Shown here: positions 49,063 through 59,158 of the stretch, one piece after another | Position numbering within the stretch: position 1 is the first letter of the stretch | Layout of the letters: every line of letters begins with the position of its first letter | Assembly: GCA_903844685.1 (NCBI GenBank) | Contig: CAIMUM010000194.1 | Coordinates: 17,292 to 81,291, forward strand | Length of the DNA stretch: 64,000 bases | Source of the DNA: an uncultured Dehalococcoidia bacterium | GTDB lineage: Bacteria > Chloroflexota > Dehalococcoidia > GIF9 > UBA5629 | Direction of reading: 5' to 3' | The notes under the pieces: model-generated | The model's database searches: none | What the model was told of the DNA's origin: nothing | Seen by the model: only the letters and a program-made list of their open reading frames with translations | Made by a program: the position numbers and the translations under genes

Positions 49063-49530
49063 TTATTTGGCCCTGGATGGTAAAGCCGTGAGCGCACTGC
49101 CGGTGGTAGTTTTCTCTCCCTTCCCATTCTCCACCCAGATCTCGCACTCCACGAGCGATTCTTCACTCTCCACATATTTCTTAGTGACCTTGCCCTTGCA
49201 CAACCAGGTCTCGCCATCATGCGGGTCATCAAAGGTTTTCATCTTGCGCGGGTAATCCATACCACGATAGCGGCATGATAATTTCTTTAACCCGCCTTTT
49301 TCACCTATCCAGTCCGTCATCAGGTTAACCAGCCACGCCCTCTTCAGCAGGCCGTGGACGATCGGTTTGCCCACGCCCAGGCTTTTAGCGAAATCCTCTT
49401 CATAGTGCAACGGGTTGAAATCACCTGACGCGCCTGCATATTGCACCAGCATCCTGGTAGTGGCTATTTTTTTTAGTGGCGTGATCTCACTGCCAACTTC
49501 GACATCTTCGTAATAAAGCTGTTTAGCCAT
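49063..49530 (-). CDS. MaoC-like (R)-specific enoyl-CoA hydratase hotdog protein
   Basis: MaoC dehydratase motif ...GDFNPLHYEEDFA.... The RBS is GGGAGG. Confidence 0.7.
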   Translation of the reverse strand: MAKQLYYEDVEVGSEITPLKKIATTRMLVQYAGASGDFNPLHYEEDFAKSLGVGKPIVHGLLKRAWLVNLMTDWIGEKGGLKKLSCRYRGMDYPRKMKTFDDPHDGETWLCKGKVTKKYVESEESLVECEIWVENGKGEKTTTGSALTALPSRAK

Positions 49531-49561
49531 TGTTCCTCCCGCAAAATAATAAGTTGCCCGG

Positions 49562-50032
49562 TTAGAAATTAAGGAAGGTATTACGCGTAATCAGCGCAAC
49601 TGCTCCCCTTTGATTTGTGAACGTGCTCTCAATGGTCGTGACCATGGTAGGCCCCATCTTGGTTTCACGTCCTTCAATTCCCGCAATCTTTATCTCCATT
49701 ACCAGTATGTCTCCATCGCCTATGGGCGCAAGGAAATCATACTCAACTCCACCGTCGAGCAGTCCCATCGGGGCTCCGGCTTTAGCAAGCCTCTCGAAAA
49801 GCTTGAACATATCGAATCCGCTTGCTATTGGCCAACCGGTGAATCCCGGCGGGGCCATTACGCGGCCCCACTTGCTCTGCGCGGCATATTCAACGTCATT
49901 GAACAGCGGGTTGGAATCTCCCACTGCGCGGGCGTAACGCTGAATTGCCCCTTCCTCGATTTTCATTACAACCGGTTTTTCTTTTTGACCGATCAATTGC
50001 TTTAAACTATCTGTCACAACAAACGCAGCCAT
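49562..50032 (-). CDS. MaoC-N-terminal-like hotdog protein (ChsH1-like hydratase subunit)
   Basis: Paralog of 48474..48944 (…EGAIQRYARAVGDSNPLFNDVEYA…). Confidence 0.65.
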   Translation of the reverse strand: MAAFVVTDSLKQLIGQKEKPVVMKIEEGAIQRYARAVGDSNPLFNDVEYAAQSKWGRVMAPPGFTGWPIASGFDMFKLFERLAKAGAPMGLLDGGVEYDFLAPIGDGDILVMEIKIAGIEGRETKMGPTMVTTIESTFTNQRGAVALITRNTFLNF

Positions 50033-50051
50033 TTATTTCCGTCCTGATATC

Positions 50052-51245
50052 TTACTTGCCCACGATGCATACGCTTACAACGCACATAGAGGGGAAGCCA
50101 CCCATATTATGCGTAAGTCCAACCTTCGGGTCCTTGAGTTGCCTTTTATCAGCTTTGCCCTGCAGCTGTTTATACATTTCATACATCATGCGCAGGCCGC
50201 TGGCGCCGATCGGATGTCCAAAGCATTTCAAGCCGCCGTCGATTTGTATAGGCTGAGCACCGTCATAATTGAACCGCCCTGCATCTATATCGTCCTTTAC
50301 CTTGCCTCGGGCGCTGAACTGCAGGTCTTCCATGGTAACAGCTTCAGTAATGGAGAAGCAGTCATGTACTTCAGCCATGCTGACTTCCTCACGGGGGTTC
50401 TTGATACCGGCCTCTTTATAAGCCATAATACCGGCGCGGTATGAGGGCTCTACATGAGCGCCATCCCACTTGGTATAAAGCATCTCTTCACCCGAGGATA
50501 CTGAAATCTGAATAGACTTGACAAACACGGGGTCCGGCCTGAATTTTTTGACCATATCCGCCCCGCAGACTATGGCTGCGGCTGACCCGTCACTGACCCC
50601 ACAACAGTCAAAAAGCCCGAGCGGCCAGGCTATTACCGGAGCATTCATTACCTGTTCAACGGTAACCTCTTTGCGAAGGTGGGCTTTAGGATTCAGTGCG
50701 CCATTCCTGTGACTCTTGGCTGAAATCTTAGCCAGCATCATTTTTCCATCCTGGGGGTTAAGGTTGTATTTTGAGAAATACTTGGTGGCCATCATGGCGA
50801 ATCCGCCGGGAGCGGTTAAATTGAAAGAATTCAACGGCATTTTATATCCCATGCCGCCCGCCAGGGGCAACCCGCCATAACCGGTATCCTTCAATTTCTC
50901 CATGCCCAATGCCAGGCAGATATCATATGCTCCTGAAGCAACCCCGTACACTGCGCCACGCAGGGCTTCAGAACCGGTGGCACAGAAATTCTCCACCCTG
51001 GTTATGGGGATAAAAGGCAACTTTAATGTGGTCCCGAGGATTGTAGCGCCACGGCCGACACTGATATCGGGCATGTGGACGCCCCACCATGCTGCCTGGA
51101 TATCTTTTTTCTCCAACCCGGAATCCGCCAGGCACTCGACGAAAGCTTCCACCATGAGGTCTTGCGGACTCGCATCAAACCGTTCCCCGAACTTGGTGCA
51201 GCCCATCCCGATTATAGCTACTTTATCTTTAATACCTTCTGCCAT
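50052..51245 (-). CDS. SCP-x-type (nonspecific lipid-transfer-protein-like) 3-ketoacyl-CoA thiolase with intact catalytic residues
   Basis: The Cys nucleophile is in ENFCATGS. The His is in CFGHPIGASG. A C-terminal Cys is present. The RBS is AGGAGG. Confidence 0.8.
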   Translation of the reverse strand: MAEGIKDKVAIIGMGCTKFGERFDASPQDLMVEAFVECLADSGLEKKDIQAAWWGVHMPDISVGRGATILGTTLKLPFIPITRVENFCATGSEALRGAVYGVASGAYDICLALGMEKLKDTGYGGLPLAGGMGYKMPLNSFNLTAPGGFAMMATKYFSKYNLNPQDGKMMLAKISAKSHRNGALNPKAHLRKEVTVEQVMNAPVIAWPLGLFDCCGVSDGSAAAIVCGADMVKKFRPDPVFVKSIQISVSSGEEMLYTKWDGAHVEPSYRAGIMAYKEAGIKNPREEVSMAEVHDCFSITEAVTMEDLQFSARGKVKDDIDAGRFNYDGAQPIQIDGGLKCFGHPIGASGLRMMYEMYKQLQGKADKRQLKDPKVGLTHNMGGFPSMCVVSVCIVGK

Positions 51246-51279
51246 TTTAATTTCCTCCTTGCGTTATCCTTAATTACGA

Positions 51280-52722
51280 TCAGGCAACTATGGGCATGGC
51301 TTTCCAGCCGTAGTTAATAGCAGCGCGTTTTTCATCTGCGGCCTTAATCCTGAAAGCTAATTCGACCGGCATACCAACCTTTATAGTATTCGGATCACAG
51401 TCTGTGAAATCCAACCCGGCGCGTCCGCCACCCTTAAAATCGATAAAGCCGTACGATGCGGGCGGGTCGATGCTTGGAGCCAGGAAGTCGCTGGTATAGG
51501 TAAAGATATCACCCAGCTTATCAGAGAACTTGTAAGCCTCCATCTGGTCAACGGCTCCGCAGTCCGGGTTCGGGCATATCCTCTGGACCGGCCAGCTCGG
51601 CGTACCGCACTTCTTGCACTTGGTTCCAACCATGCCGTAGATCTCCCGGCTCTCGCGCGAAATGATGGAAAATGATGTAAATATCGTTTCCTCGCCGCGT
51701 ATTCCGATTTCGCAAGGCATGAGTTTGCGGAACGCGAGGTATTTTTCATAGCTGCCCAGGGCTACTTTATTGGCGAGATTACGCTTGATTGCTTTCTTAT
51801 CCTTTATCATGGCTATTTTATCGGTAACGGTAAGATACATGGCGTCGCACCCCTGTCCAAAGCTGATGACCATAATCTTGTCACCGGGTTTAGCATCTTC
51901 TAATGCGGCCACCAGCATCATCAAAGTCTGCGCTACACCCGTATCGCCAACCGTTGTGAGCATGGGTTCCTGCACCTGTTCCGGCGCCAGTCCCAGAGTC
52001 TTACCAAGGGCTGCATGCGCCCCTGTAAAAGCACAGGCGTAGATGACCTTACTGAAATCCTTGGCAGTTAAATTATATTTCTTAACCAACCCCGCTGCCG
52101 CCTCCGGTATAAACTTCATGTATCCGGCGTCCCTTATAAAGCGTTCCTCCCACATATGCTCGAGGCGCTCACCCTCAAGACGGCGCCGGTCAACAAAATC
52201 ATGAGTAGTGCAGTACGAGCCATCGATAGTAGCAACCACATCATCCTTCCCCAACAAAAAGGCAGCTCCACCATCACCATAGGTATAATCGCCATTGCTG
52301 CCAACCTTGCTCACGCGGCAATCAGCTGCCGATATCAGGCAATTATTCAAAGAACCCGATGAAACCGCATCCGCCGCCGCCAGTAGTGCTGCAGTACCGG
52401 ATTTGGTGGAATCTGTGAAATCGGCTGTCCTGCAATTAGTGTTAAGATCTAATGCAGCAGCTATGATACCCGCATTTTGCCTCAAGGAATATGTCTGAGA
52501 AGTTGTAGCGAAGTAGCATCCATCTACCTTGCCTGAGTCTTCACCCCTAAGACAGTCCTTGGCTGCCGCTACCGCCATTGTAATACTATCCTCGTCCCAG
52601 TTAGCGACCGCCTTTTCACCCCTCAATGGCGCAAAGCCCAAAAATAATAACGCCATCTGCATAATATTGCGATCCAACCGGAACCTGGGGATGTGCGCTC
52701 CATACGACTTGATACCTACCAT
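51280..52722 (-). CDS. HMG-CoA-synthase-like condensing enzyme fused to a C-terminal DUF35 (Zn ribbon + OB fold) domain
   Basis: The N-terminal ~340 aa resemble archaeal-type HMGCS (MVGIKSYGAHIPRFRL..., GCYFATTS active-site Cys region). The C-terminal CKKCGTPSWPVQRICPNPDCG Zn ribbon plus OB fold matches the stand-alone DUF35 genes. The RBS is AGGAGG. Confidence 0.65.
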   Translation of the reverse strand: MVGIKSYGAHIPRFRLDRNIMQMALLFLGFAPLRGEKAVANWDEDSITMAVAAAKDCLRGEDSGKVDGCYFATTSQTYSLRQNAGIIAAALDLNTNCRTADFTDSTKSGTAALLAAADAVSSGSLNNCLISAADCRVSKVGSNGDYTYGDGGAAFLLGKDDVVATIDGSYCTTHDFVDRRRLEGERLEHMWEERFIRDAGYMKFIPEAAAGLVKKYNLTAKDFSKVIYACAFTGAHAALGKTLGLAPEQVQEPMLTTVGDTGVAQTLMMLVAALEDAKPGDKIMVISFGQGCDAMYLTVTDKIAMIKDKKAIKRNLANKVALGSYEKYLAFRKLMPCEIGIRGEETIFTSFSIISRESREIYGMVGTKCKKCGTPSWPVQRICPNPDCGAVDQMEAYKFSDKLGDIFTYTSDFLAPSIDPPASYGFIDFKGGGRAGLDFTDCDPNTIKVGMPVELAFRIKAADEKRAAINYGWKAMPIVA

Positions 52723-52885
52723 TTTTCCTCCTTAAATCTGATTATTATTTATAATCTTGACCAACCCATTAGCCTGTGATTTTACACCATATGCCATTCA
52801 ATCTCAACAGCATTTGTGTATATTTGATTAATTAAATACCGCTGCTATTTAGTGAGCCTGATTTCAATTCTTATTGGCTATCCAA

Positions 52886-54019
52886 TTAAAGCCCGATACC
52901 TGCTGCTACTTTATCCAGGTGCATATCGGTATCTCCCAGCACGAACTCGGCGGCTTTCACCCTCCTGAAATAACAACCGATATCATGGTCCAGTGTGAAC
53001 CCGATGGCCCCGTGAATTTTAATGCCGTCTATGCATACCCTTTGATAAACATCATTAGCCTTGGCCTTGGCCATTGATACGTACATATCAGCCTTCGCTC
53101 CTGTGGATAACAACCATGCCGAATAGTAAACCATATACTGCAATCCTTCGACATCCGTAAGCATATCAACCAACTTGTGTTGAATTGCCATAAAAGCGCC
53201 GATCGGTTTATCAAATTGTTTCCTATCCTTGGCATAAGCCTGAGTCATGTCAAGGACAGCCTGGCAGGCGCCTGATACTTCCGCACATTTCAGTACCGTC
53301 GCCCGTTGCGCCAAATAATTAATGACCTTCCATCCTTTGCCAACCTTTCCCAGGACGTCCAGGCGGCCAGCCTTAACATTCTTGAAGCGCACCCTGCATA
53401 GCCCATCACCGGCAATTGAAGGTATTACATTTATGGTAACACCCCTTGATTTAGTTCTTACTATCAACAGCGTTATACCTTCATCGGCTGACTTTAATCT
53501 CCCGGTGCGGCAGGCGACGATCAAATAATCAGCTACGTGTGCAAAGGGAACAAACCATTTCTCACCGTTAATCACGTAATGCTTATCGTCAAAGCTGGCC
53601 ACAGTATTAATGTCAGATACCTCGAATTTTCCGGATTTCTCGCTTAAGGCCAGCGACCAGATATTTTTACCATCCGCTATCGGTACAAGATATTTTCTCC
53701 TTTGAGTTTCAGTCCCGAATTTGAGGATTGGCAATGCACAAAGGGCAACGGTTGAGAAAAAGGGGCCCGGCAGGATGTTTCTACCCATTTCCTCCATGAG
53801 CACAACAAGATCGAGAAAGTCCGCGCCTGTGCCATTATACTGCTCGGGAAATATCAGGCCCAGCCATCCCAGTTCTACCATCTTGGACCAGATGGAGGTA
53901 TCGTAGCCTTTCGCATCCTTTTCCAATTCCCTGACCCTTGTTTTCGGGCACTCGTTGATCAGAAAATCATGAGCCATGGTCTTCAACATATTCTGCTGCT
54001 CATTAAGATCAAAATCCAT
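52886..54019 (-). CDS. Acyl-CoA dehydrogenase family protein (377 aa; putative heteromeric-ACAD subunit)
   Basis: ACAD fold. Its N-terminus (MDFDLNEQQNMLK) parallels 30386..31519. Confidence 0.8.
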   Translation of the reverse strand: MDFDLNEQQNMLKTMAHDFLINECPKTRVRELEKDAKGYDTSIWSKMVELGWLGLIFPEQYNGTGADFLDLVVLMEEMGRNILPGPFFSTVALCALPILKFGTETQRRKYLVPIADGKNIWSLALSEKSGKFEVSDINTVASFDDKHYVINGEKWFVPFAHVADYLIVACRTGRLKSADEGITLLIVRTKSRGVTINVIPSIAGDGLCRVRFKNVKAGRLDVLGKVGKGWKVINYLAQRATVLKCAEVSGACQAVLDMTQAYAKDRKQFDKPIGAFMAIQHKLVDMLTDVEGLQYMVYYSAWLLSTGAKADMYVSMAKAKANDVYQRVCIDGIKIHGAIGFTLDHDIGCYFRRVKAAEFVLGDTDMHLDKVAAGIGL

Positions 54020-54037
54020 TTTTCGTTCTCTCCTCTA

Positions 54038-55243
54038 TTAATATGCCCTGGGCAAACCGAGCTTAAATTGTCCAACAATATTTTTCTGCACTTCACCCGT
54101 TCCGCCAGCAAGTGCAAGTCCGGGGAACATCATATACAAACGAGTGAAGTTAGCCATTAATTTCGACCATTTATAATTGATATCTACCTGTGAATACGCC
54201 CCGATAATTTCCGTGCCTGTAATCGCCAGGCGCTGCATGACAAAATCGCAATAGGCCTTGTTGCGCGCTGCCTCGTATACCGGTATCAACCCTTTGCTCA
54301 TTTTCCAGGTTATCTCGTAGCCAAACATCTTTAAGGTTTCAAGTTCTATAGCCCTTTCAGCTAATTTATGCCGCGTGACCGCATTAACTGCCAGCGGCTT
54401 ACCATTATAGCGTATTTCATTGCAGAATTTGACCATAAACTCTAATGCTCTCCTGCCTTTACCATAAAACTGCGGCGCGAAACTGTGCCTTTCAAAGGCC
54501 AGCGACTGCATTAAATGATACCACCCGCGGTTTTCTGTACCCACCAGATTCATTACCGGCACCTTCACATTATCAAAAAACAACTCATTAAAAATATGTA
54601 TACCCGCGTAATTTACTATCGGTTTAATTGTTATGCCCGGGCTTTTCATATCAAGGATTATAAGGCTGATGCCGTGCTGTTTTTTGGACGCATTGGGATC
54701 AGTCCTGGCAGCTAACCAGCACCATCGAGCCCTGTGGGCACAGCTTGTCCAAATTTTTTGCCCGTTCAATATATAGTGATCCCCTTCCCTTATCGCATTG
54801 GTTTGAATATTGGCGACATCCGAGCCTGCATTGGGTTCGCTGTAACCGGTACACCATACCCCATCCGGTTCACCGGCAGCAATGGAAGGTAAATATTTCT
54901 TACGCTGCTCCTCACTGCCAAAAATCATAAGGGACGGGCCGACCCATCCGATACCGCTCACCCCCATTGTAGTTCCGGGTATGCCCCAGTAACTCGCTTC
55001 ATCAATATAAACGTGCTGCTCGAAGAAAGAAGCGCCCTGGCCACCATACTCCTTTGGCCACGCCATTGTTAGCCAGCCCTTTTGAGCCAGTTTTTTCGAC
55101 ATGCTCATAGCGAATCCCCAGTCCTCATCACGGCTCTCTTCTTCCATTCCGCTGACGATTTCCCTGCCGGCCGTCTCTGCCCTGGCGAAATTCCTGACAT
55201 CTTCTCTTAACTTTTCTTCTTTTTGACTGAATCTAAATTCCAT
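54038..55243 (-). CDS. Acyl-CoA dehydrogenase family protein
   Basis: ACAD fold. The start was set at MEFRFSQKEE. It lies 18 nt upstream of the short ACAD gene. Confidence 0.75.
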   Translation of the reverse strand: MEFRFSQKEEKLREDVRNFARAETAGREIVSGMEEESRDEDWGFAMSMSKKLAQKGWLTMAWPKEYGGQGASFFEQHVYIDEASYWGIPGTTMGVSGIGWVGPSLMIFGSEEQRKKYLPSIAAGEPDGVWCTGYSEPNAGSDVANIQTNAIREGDHYILNGQKIWTSCAHRARWCWLAARTDPNASKKQHGISLIILDMKSPGITIKPIVNYAGIHIFNELFFDNVKVPVMNLVGTENRGWYHLMQSLAFERHSFAPQFYGKGRRALEFMVKFCNEIRYNGKPLAVNAVTRHKLAERAIELETLKMFGYEITWKMSKGLIPVYEAARNKAYCDFVMQRLAITGTEIIGAYSQVDINYKWSKLMANFTRLYMMFPGLALAGGTGEVQKNIVGQFKLGLPRAY

Positions 55244-55720
55244 CGGGTTCCCTGTTACCACTAAAACATAAAATTCAAAAAAATATTTGCACCAGTTGCC
55301 CTGGTACAAATCCCCGTGCCACAGCACTACATTTGCTGATCGCCGTGACTATTCATTAGCTGGTATTTTATTTGATATGGGAAATACTCTGGTAAACCCT
55401 GTCCTTCCAGACTACGCTGGCGCCAAGGGCACGCCATGCCAAACCATAAAAAAAGTGAGCATTAAGAATGCTGTGCCCAAGTGATGGAAAATAAAAGAGG
55501 GGTTGCCATCCCCATAACTACGTATATCTTTATGTAATCTCAGACTGCCTATCCAAAGTGAGAACGGATAGGATCCCAGCATGAATGCTGCTGTAATCAG
55601 CACTAAAACAATCACTATATCAGCCATATCAACTTCATCCGAAACTTATTTGACAATCCCAATTGCGATATGAAGCCTAAAGAGCTTGGCTGTCCAGTAA
55701 TCTCCTTAACAATAAAGATA

Positions 55721-55794
55721 CGACCCCGATGGGATTCGAACCCACGATCTCCACCGTGACAGGGTGGCATGTTAGACCGCTACACCACGGGGCC
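55721..55794 (-). tRNA. tRNA-Asp (anticodon GTC)
   Basis: The reverse complement folds as a cloverleaf. The acceptor stem is GGCCCCG/CGGGGTC with one G-U pair. The anticodon stem is CCACC/GGTGG with loop CTGTCAC. The T-loop is GGTTCGAATCC. CCA is not encoded. Confidence 0.85.
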
Positions 55795-56000
55795 AAAACG
55801 CACCGCAAAGGGTTTGCGGACTGCTGAAAAATACGGTGAAAGTCTATCAATAGACCCTTACCAGTGTCAAACTTGCCATATTATAAGCGCATCATTGATT
55901 TTTCATCCTGTTTGTTATAAGCTTACATTCGATTTAAACATTACGGTACTATTATGACACTTTATCAGGATAATCCAGGCAGGAGGATTTAGCGAATTCC

Positions 56001-57617
56001 ATGAGGATTCCATATATTTCACTGGCACTATTGATCATCGCCTCTGCAGTACTATCTTTTTTGCCGTCACGTGTTTATGCTACCAGCATAACGCTTGCTC
56101 CAAGTTCAGGTATCACAGGGTCCAAAATAGTGATGACCGGAGATGGCTTTATCGGCAAAGTAGCCACTATCTACTGGGATGATAAAAAAATAATACAGAG
56201 CGTTCCTGTTTCCAAGACCGGCCAAATAAATTATAGTTTTGAGATACCCTCCTCCGCTAAAGGCACTCATATTGTTAAGGTCACTGATGACAGCAACTGG
56301 TCAAATATAACTGCTACCGCAAATTTTTCGATTACGCCAAGCATTATGGCAGAACCACCCTTTGGCAAGATCAATACCCGCATCTATATTTTCGGATATG
56401 GTTTCGCGCCCAATGAAAGCGGCATTAAATACACCTGGGACGGAAAGCCACTTTCCAAATCGCCCATCCAGGCTGATAAAGCCGGGTCGTGGAATTCTCA
56501 ATTTGATGTCCCCCCAGATCCAAAAGGAGAATATACTATCGACGTTATGAGCGACTCGACCGGCAGCGGAGAAGTCCCCGGACTGGTTTTCACGGTTTCA
56601 CCTTTCTGCAAAGCAACACCCGTATCCGGTCCTGTCGGTACCAAAATAACACTTTCCGGTGTTGGATTCAGGCCGGGCGAAGATGGGCTTACGTTTACCT
56701 GGGATGGGCCCATCATCGATACAAACTTTGTTGCACAACCTAATGGATCTTTCAGCATTGTAATTACCGTTCCACCCTGTGTTAAAGGCCGGCATATACT
56801 GGGCATCTACGGCAGCAGTTTTACTCCTATCGGCATCGTACCTGATATTGAGTTTGAGGTGACACCCAGTATTCAACTGACCCCGAGCAATGTAATGAAC
56901 AGCAGGGACTTGAAAATCGACGGGACAGGTTATAACGAGGGTGAAATACTGGCTATTAATTACGACAAGTCCAATACAGGTGTCACCACGACGACGGACG
57001 CAAAGGGTAACTTCAGCGTTACAATCCAGGTTCCCGTAAAGCCAGGCAAAGAACACACCGTTGAAGCCACGGGCAATAAAGGCGGCCTGGCGCAGGCTAT
57101 ATATGTTTCAGGCACATTACCGCCACCGCTACCTCAGTTACTCTTTCCAGGACCAGGGGCAACTGTCCAATCAAATTATTCCGTTGTAGAGGTGATAATC
57201 AGTATATTTAAATCCACCGGCGGTTTATTTAGCGGGGGATCAATTTCCCAGTCAAACAAGCCTGCAGGGATTATAACGGCAATGAATTGGTCGGTCAGCG
57301 GCGACCAAACTGGAGTGACATATTCATTGCAAATATCCAGAACCCCTGATTTCGTTAACGTAGTTGTCAGTAAAGATGGCATCGTGGGGACCACCTATAA
57401 TCTGGATAGATCAAGCCTGGCCTCTGCCGGAACATATTACTGGAGGGTAAGAGCGTCAAACGAGACTGGCGATGTCAGTCCCTGGTCTAATTACTGGGTG
57501 TTTGAATTTGTGCCAACCTCGCCGCTGGTGATGGCCATAGCTGTTACCATTCTCATTCTGATTTTAGCCATGCTGATATTCGCCGTGCTGGCCATCATTA
57601 ACCGTAACAGGAACTAG
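56001..57617 (+). CDS. Secreted cell-surface protein with four tandem Ig-like (IPT/TIG-type) repeats, an FN3-like domain and a C-terminal TM anchor
   Basis: A signal peptide is followed by four ~88-aa repeats that each contain a G(D/Y/V)GF core. A WRVRASNETG FN3-like segment follows. The C-terminus is a hydrophobic helix plus the basic tail RNRN. Confidence 0.7.
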   Translation: MRIPYISLALLIIASAVLSFLPSRVYATSITLAPSSGITGSKIVMTGDGFIGKVATIYWDDKKIIQSVPVSKTGQINYSFEIPSSAKGTHIVKVTDDSNWSNITATANFSITPSIMAEPPFGKINTRIYIFGYGFAPNESGIKYTWDGKPLSKSPIQADKAGSWNSQFDVPPDPKGEYTIDVMSDSTGSGEVPGLVFTVSPFCKATPVSGPVGTKITLSGVGFRPGEDGLTFTWDGPIIDTNFVAQPNGSFSIVITVPPCVKGRHILGIYGSSFTPIGIVPDIEFEVTPSIQLTPSNVMNSRDLKIDGTGYNEGEILAINYDKSNTGVTTTTDAKGNFSVTIQVPVKPGKEHTVEATGNKGGLAQAIYVSGTLPPPLPQLLFPGPGATVQSNYSVVEVIISIFKSTGGLFSGGSISQSNKPAGIITAMNWSVSGDQTGVTYSLQISRTPDFVNVVVSKDGIVGTTYNLDRSSLASAGTYYWRVRASNETGDVSPWSNYWVFEFVPTSPLVMAIAVTILILILAMLIFAVLAIINRNRN

Positions 57618-57628
57618 GATTAATCGGA

Positions 57629-57649
57629 AAGTGGATTTCACTTGTTTTT
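57629..57649 (+). terminator. Weak intrinsic-terminator-like hairpin after the surface-protein gene
   Basis: AAGTG-GATTT-CACTT forms a 5-bp stem that is followed by GTTTTTCC. Confidence 0.3.
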
Positions 57650-57687
57650 CCAAGCGTGCATATGCTATAGTTACCGCGTAGCAGTTT

Positions 57688-57832
57688 AATTGGCCGCTAG
57701 GGGTGCTTAGATCAGTAGGCTGAGACTCCGCGCAGGCGGGGAACCCTCGAAACCTGCCCTTGGTAATACGAGCGTAGGGAAGCGGTAATGGCCAAGGGTT
57801 AAGTATAATATACTGTAACTCTTGGTTTTTTT
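57688..57832 (+). promoter_or_regulatory. TPP (THI-box) riboswitch with terminator-type expression platform upstream of thiC
   Basis: Aptamer elements are present: GGGGTGC (57700), CTGAGA (57720-57725), AACCTG and CGTAGGGAA (57773-57781). A hairpin CCAAGGG...CTCTTGG (57792-57825) is followed by T7 (57826-57832), directly before the thiC RBS-less ATG. Confidence 0.8.
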
Positions 57833-57842
57833 ATTAAAGAAC

Positions 57843-59138
57843 ATGACTCAGATAGAATTTGCAAAGAAAGGTGCAATTACAGCACAGATGAAACATGTTG
57901 CTCAGGTAGAGCAATTGGATGAAAGTATCATCTGCAAAAATATAGCTTCGGGGACAGTAGTCATCCCGGCAAATGCCGGTCACCCGGTAGAAGGGATATG
58001 CGGTATAGGGAAGAACCTGAGAATCAAGGTCAATTCCAATATCGGAACTTCCTCCGACGTGGGTACCCTTGAAGGCGAGCTTGAAAAGCTCAATGTCTCA
58101 ATTCGATATGGTGCGGATACTGTGATGGATTTAAGCACCGGAGGAGATATCAGGAAGATTAGGCGCTCGATATTGAAGAAGAGCAGTGTGCCGATCGGCA
58201 CAGTTCCCGTCTACCAGGCGATGATCGAAGCGGGCGAGAAATATGGCCCAATTGTCATGGCCACTGCGGATGATTTATTCAATGCTATCGAGGAACAGGC
58301 CAGGGAAGGCGTTGATTTCGTTACCGTCCATTGCGGCATTACACAGGCCGCAATCAGCTTACTGAAAAGTCAACGCAGGGTAACGGATATAGTTTCACGT
58401 GGGGGAGCATTCTTAATCGGATGGATGCTTCATCACGACAAAGAGAACCCTCTTTATGAGCACTACGACCGTCTTTTGGAGATCGCCCATAAGTACGATG
58501 TGACACTGAGCCTCGGTGATGGTATGAGACCCGGGAGCATAGCCGACGCTACGGACCGTCCCCAGATCCAGGAATTACTCACGTTGGGGGAACTGGTTGA
58601 ACGTGCATGGAGCGCAGGGGTACAGGTCATGGTCGAAGGCCCGGGACATCTGCCTCTGGACCATATCATGATGAATATGCAGCTTCAAAAAAGCCTATGC
58701 AGGGAAGCCCCATTCTACGTATTGGGACCGCTTGTCAGCGATGTTGGAGCGGGCTATGACCATATAACCGGCGCAATAGGTGGTGCGATAGCCGGGATCT
58801 ACGGCGCCGATTTCCTGTGTTACGTTACCCCTGCTGAACATCTCTCACTTCCGGACTCTGAAGATGTCAGGAACGGTGTAATCGCATCCCGCATCGCCGC
58901 TCACGCTGCGGATATAGTGAGAAGCCAGGGAAAAGCCGCTGAATGGGACCGGCGCATGTCGTTGGCAAGAAAGAATCTTGATTGGGAAACACAGACCACA
59001 CTCGCTATCGATCCGGAGAGGGTCAGGAAGGTTAGATCAAAATACACGGTTAAAGGCCGCGCATGCAGCATGTGTGGAGACTACTGTGCCATGGATCTTG
59101 TTGAAAAATACCTCGGGATAACAGCCAATAAATGTTAA
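57843..59138 (+). CDS. thiC: Phosphomethylpyrimidine synthase ThiC
   Basis: ThiC radical-SAM-like family with the C-terminal CSMCGDYC cluster. The start was set at the ATG at 57843. The track's TTG at 57822 lies inside the riboswitch terminator stem. Confidence 0.85.
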   Translation: MTQIEFAKKGAITAQMKHVAQVEQLDESIICKNIASGTVVIPANAGHPVEGICGIGKNLRIKVNSNIGTSSDVGTLEGELEKLNVSIRYGADTVMDLSTGGDIRKIRRSILKKSSVPIGTVPVYQAMIEAGEKYGPIVMATADDLFNAIEEQAREGVDFVTVHCGITQAAISLLKSQRRVTDIVSRGGAFLIGWMLHHDKENPLYEHYDRLLEIAHKYDVTLSLGDGMRPGSIADATDRPQIQELLTLGELVERAWSAGVQVMVEGPGHLPLDHIMMNMQLQKSLCREAPFYVLGPLVSDVGAGYDHITGAIGGAIAGIYGADFLCYVTPAEHLSLPDSEDVRNGVIASRIAAHAADIVRSQGKAAEWDRRMSLARKNLDWETQTTLAIDPERVRKVRSKYTVKGRACSMCGDYCAMDLVEKYLGITANKC

Positions 59139-59158
59139 CAGGGACTTTATGTCATTAG

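Noticed and set aside
55412-55627. 71-aa hydrophobic ORF on the minus strand between the ACAD gene and tRNA-Asp
   Set aside because: Only a weak RBS-like sequence precedes it and there is no homology. It could be a small membrane protein, but the support is insufficient to call it.
57822-57842. TTG start and MVFLLKN N-terminal extension of thiC given in the ORF track
   Set aside because: The TTG lies inside the TPP-riboswitch terminator stem and its codons are the T-run. The ATG at 57843 is the plausible start.
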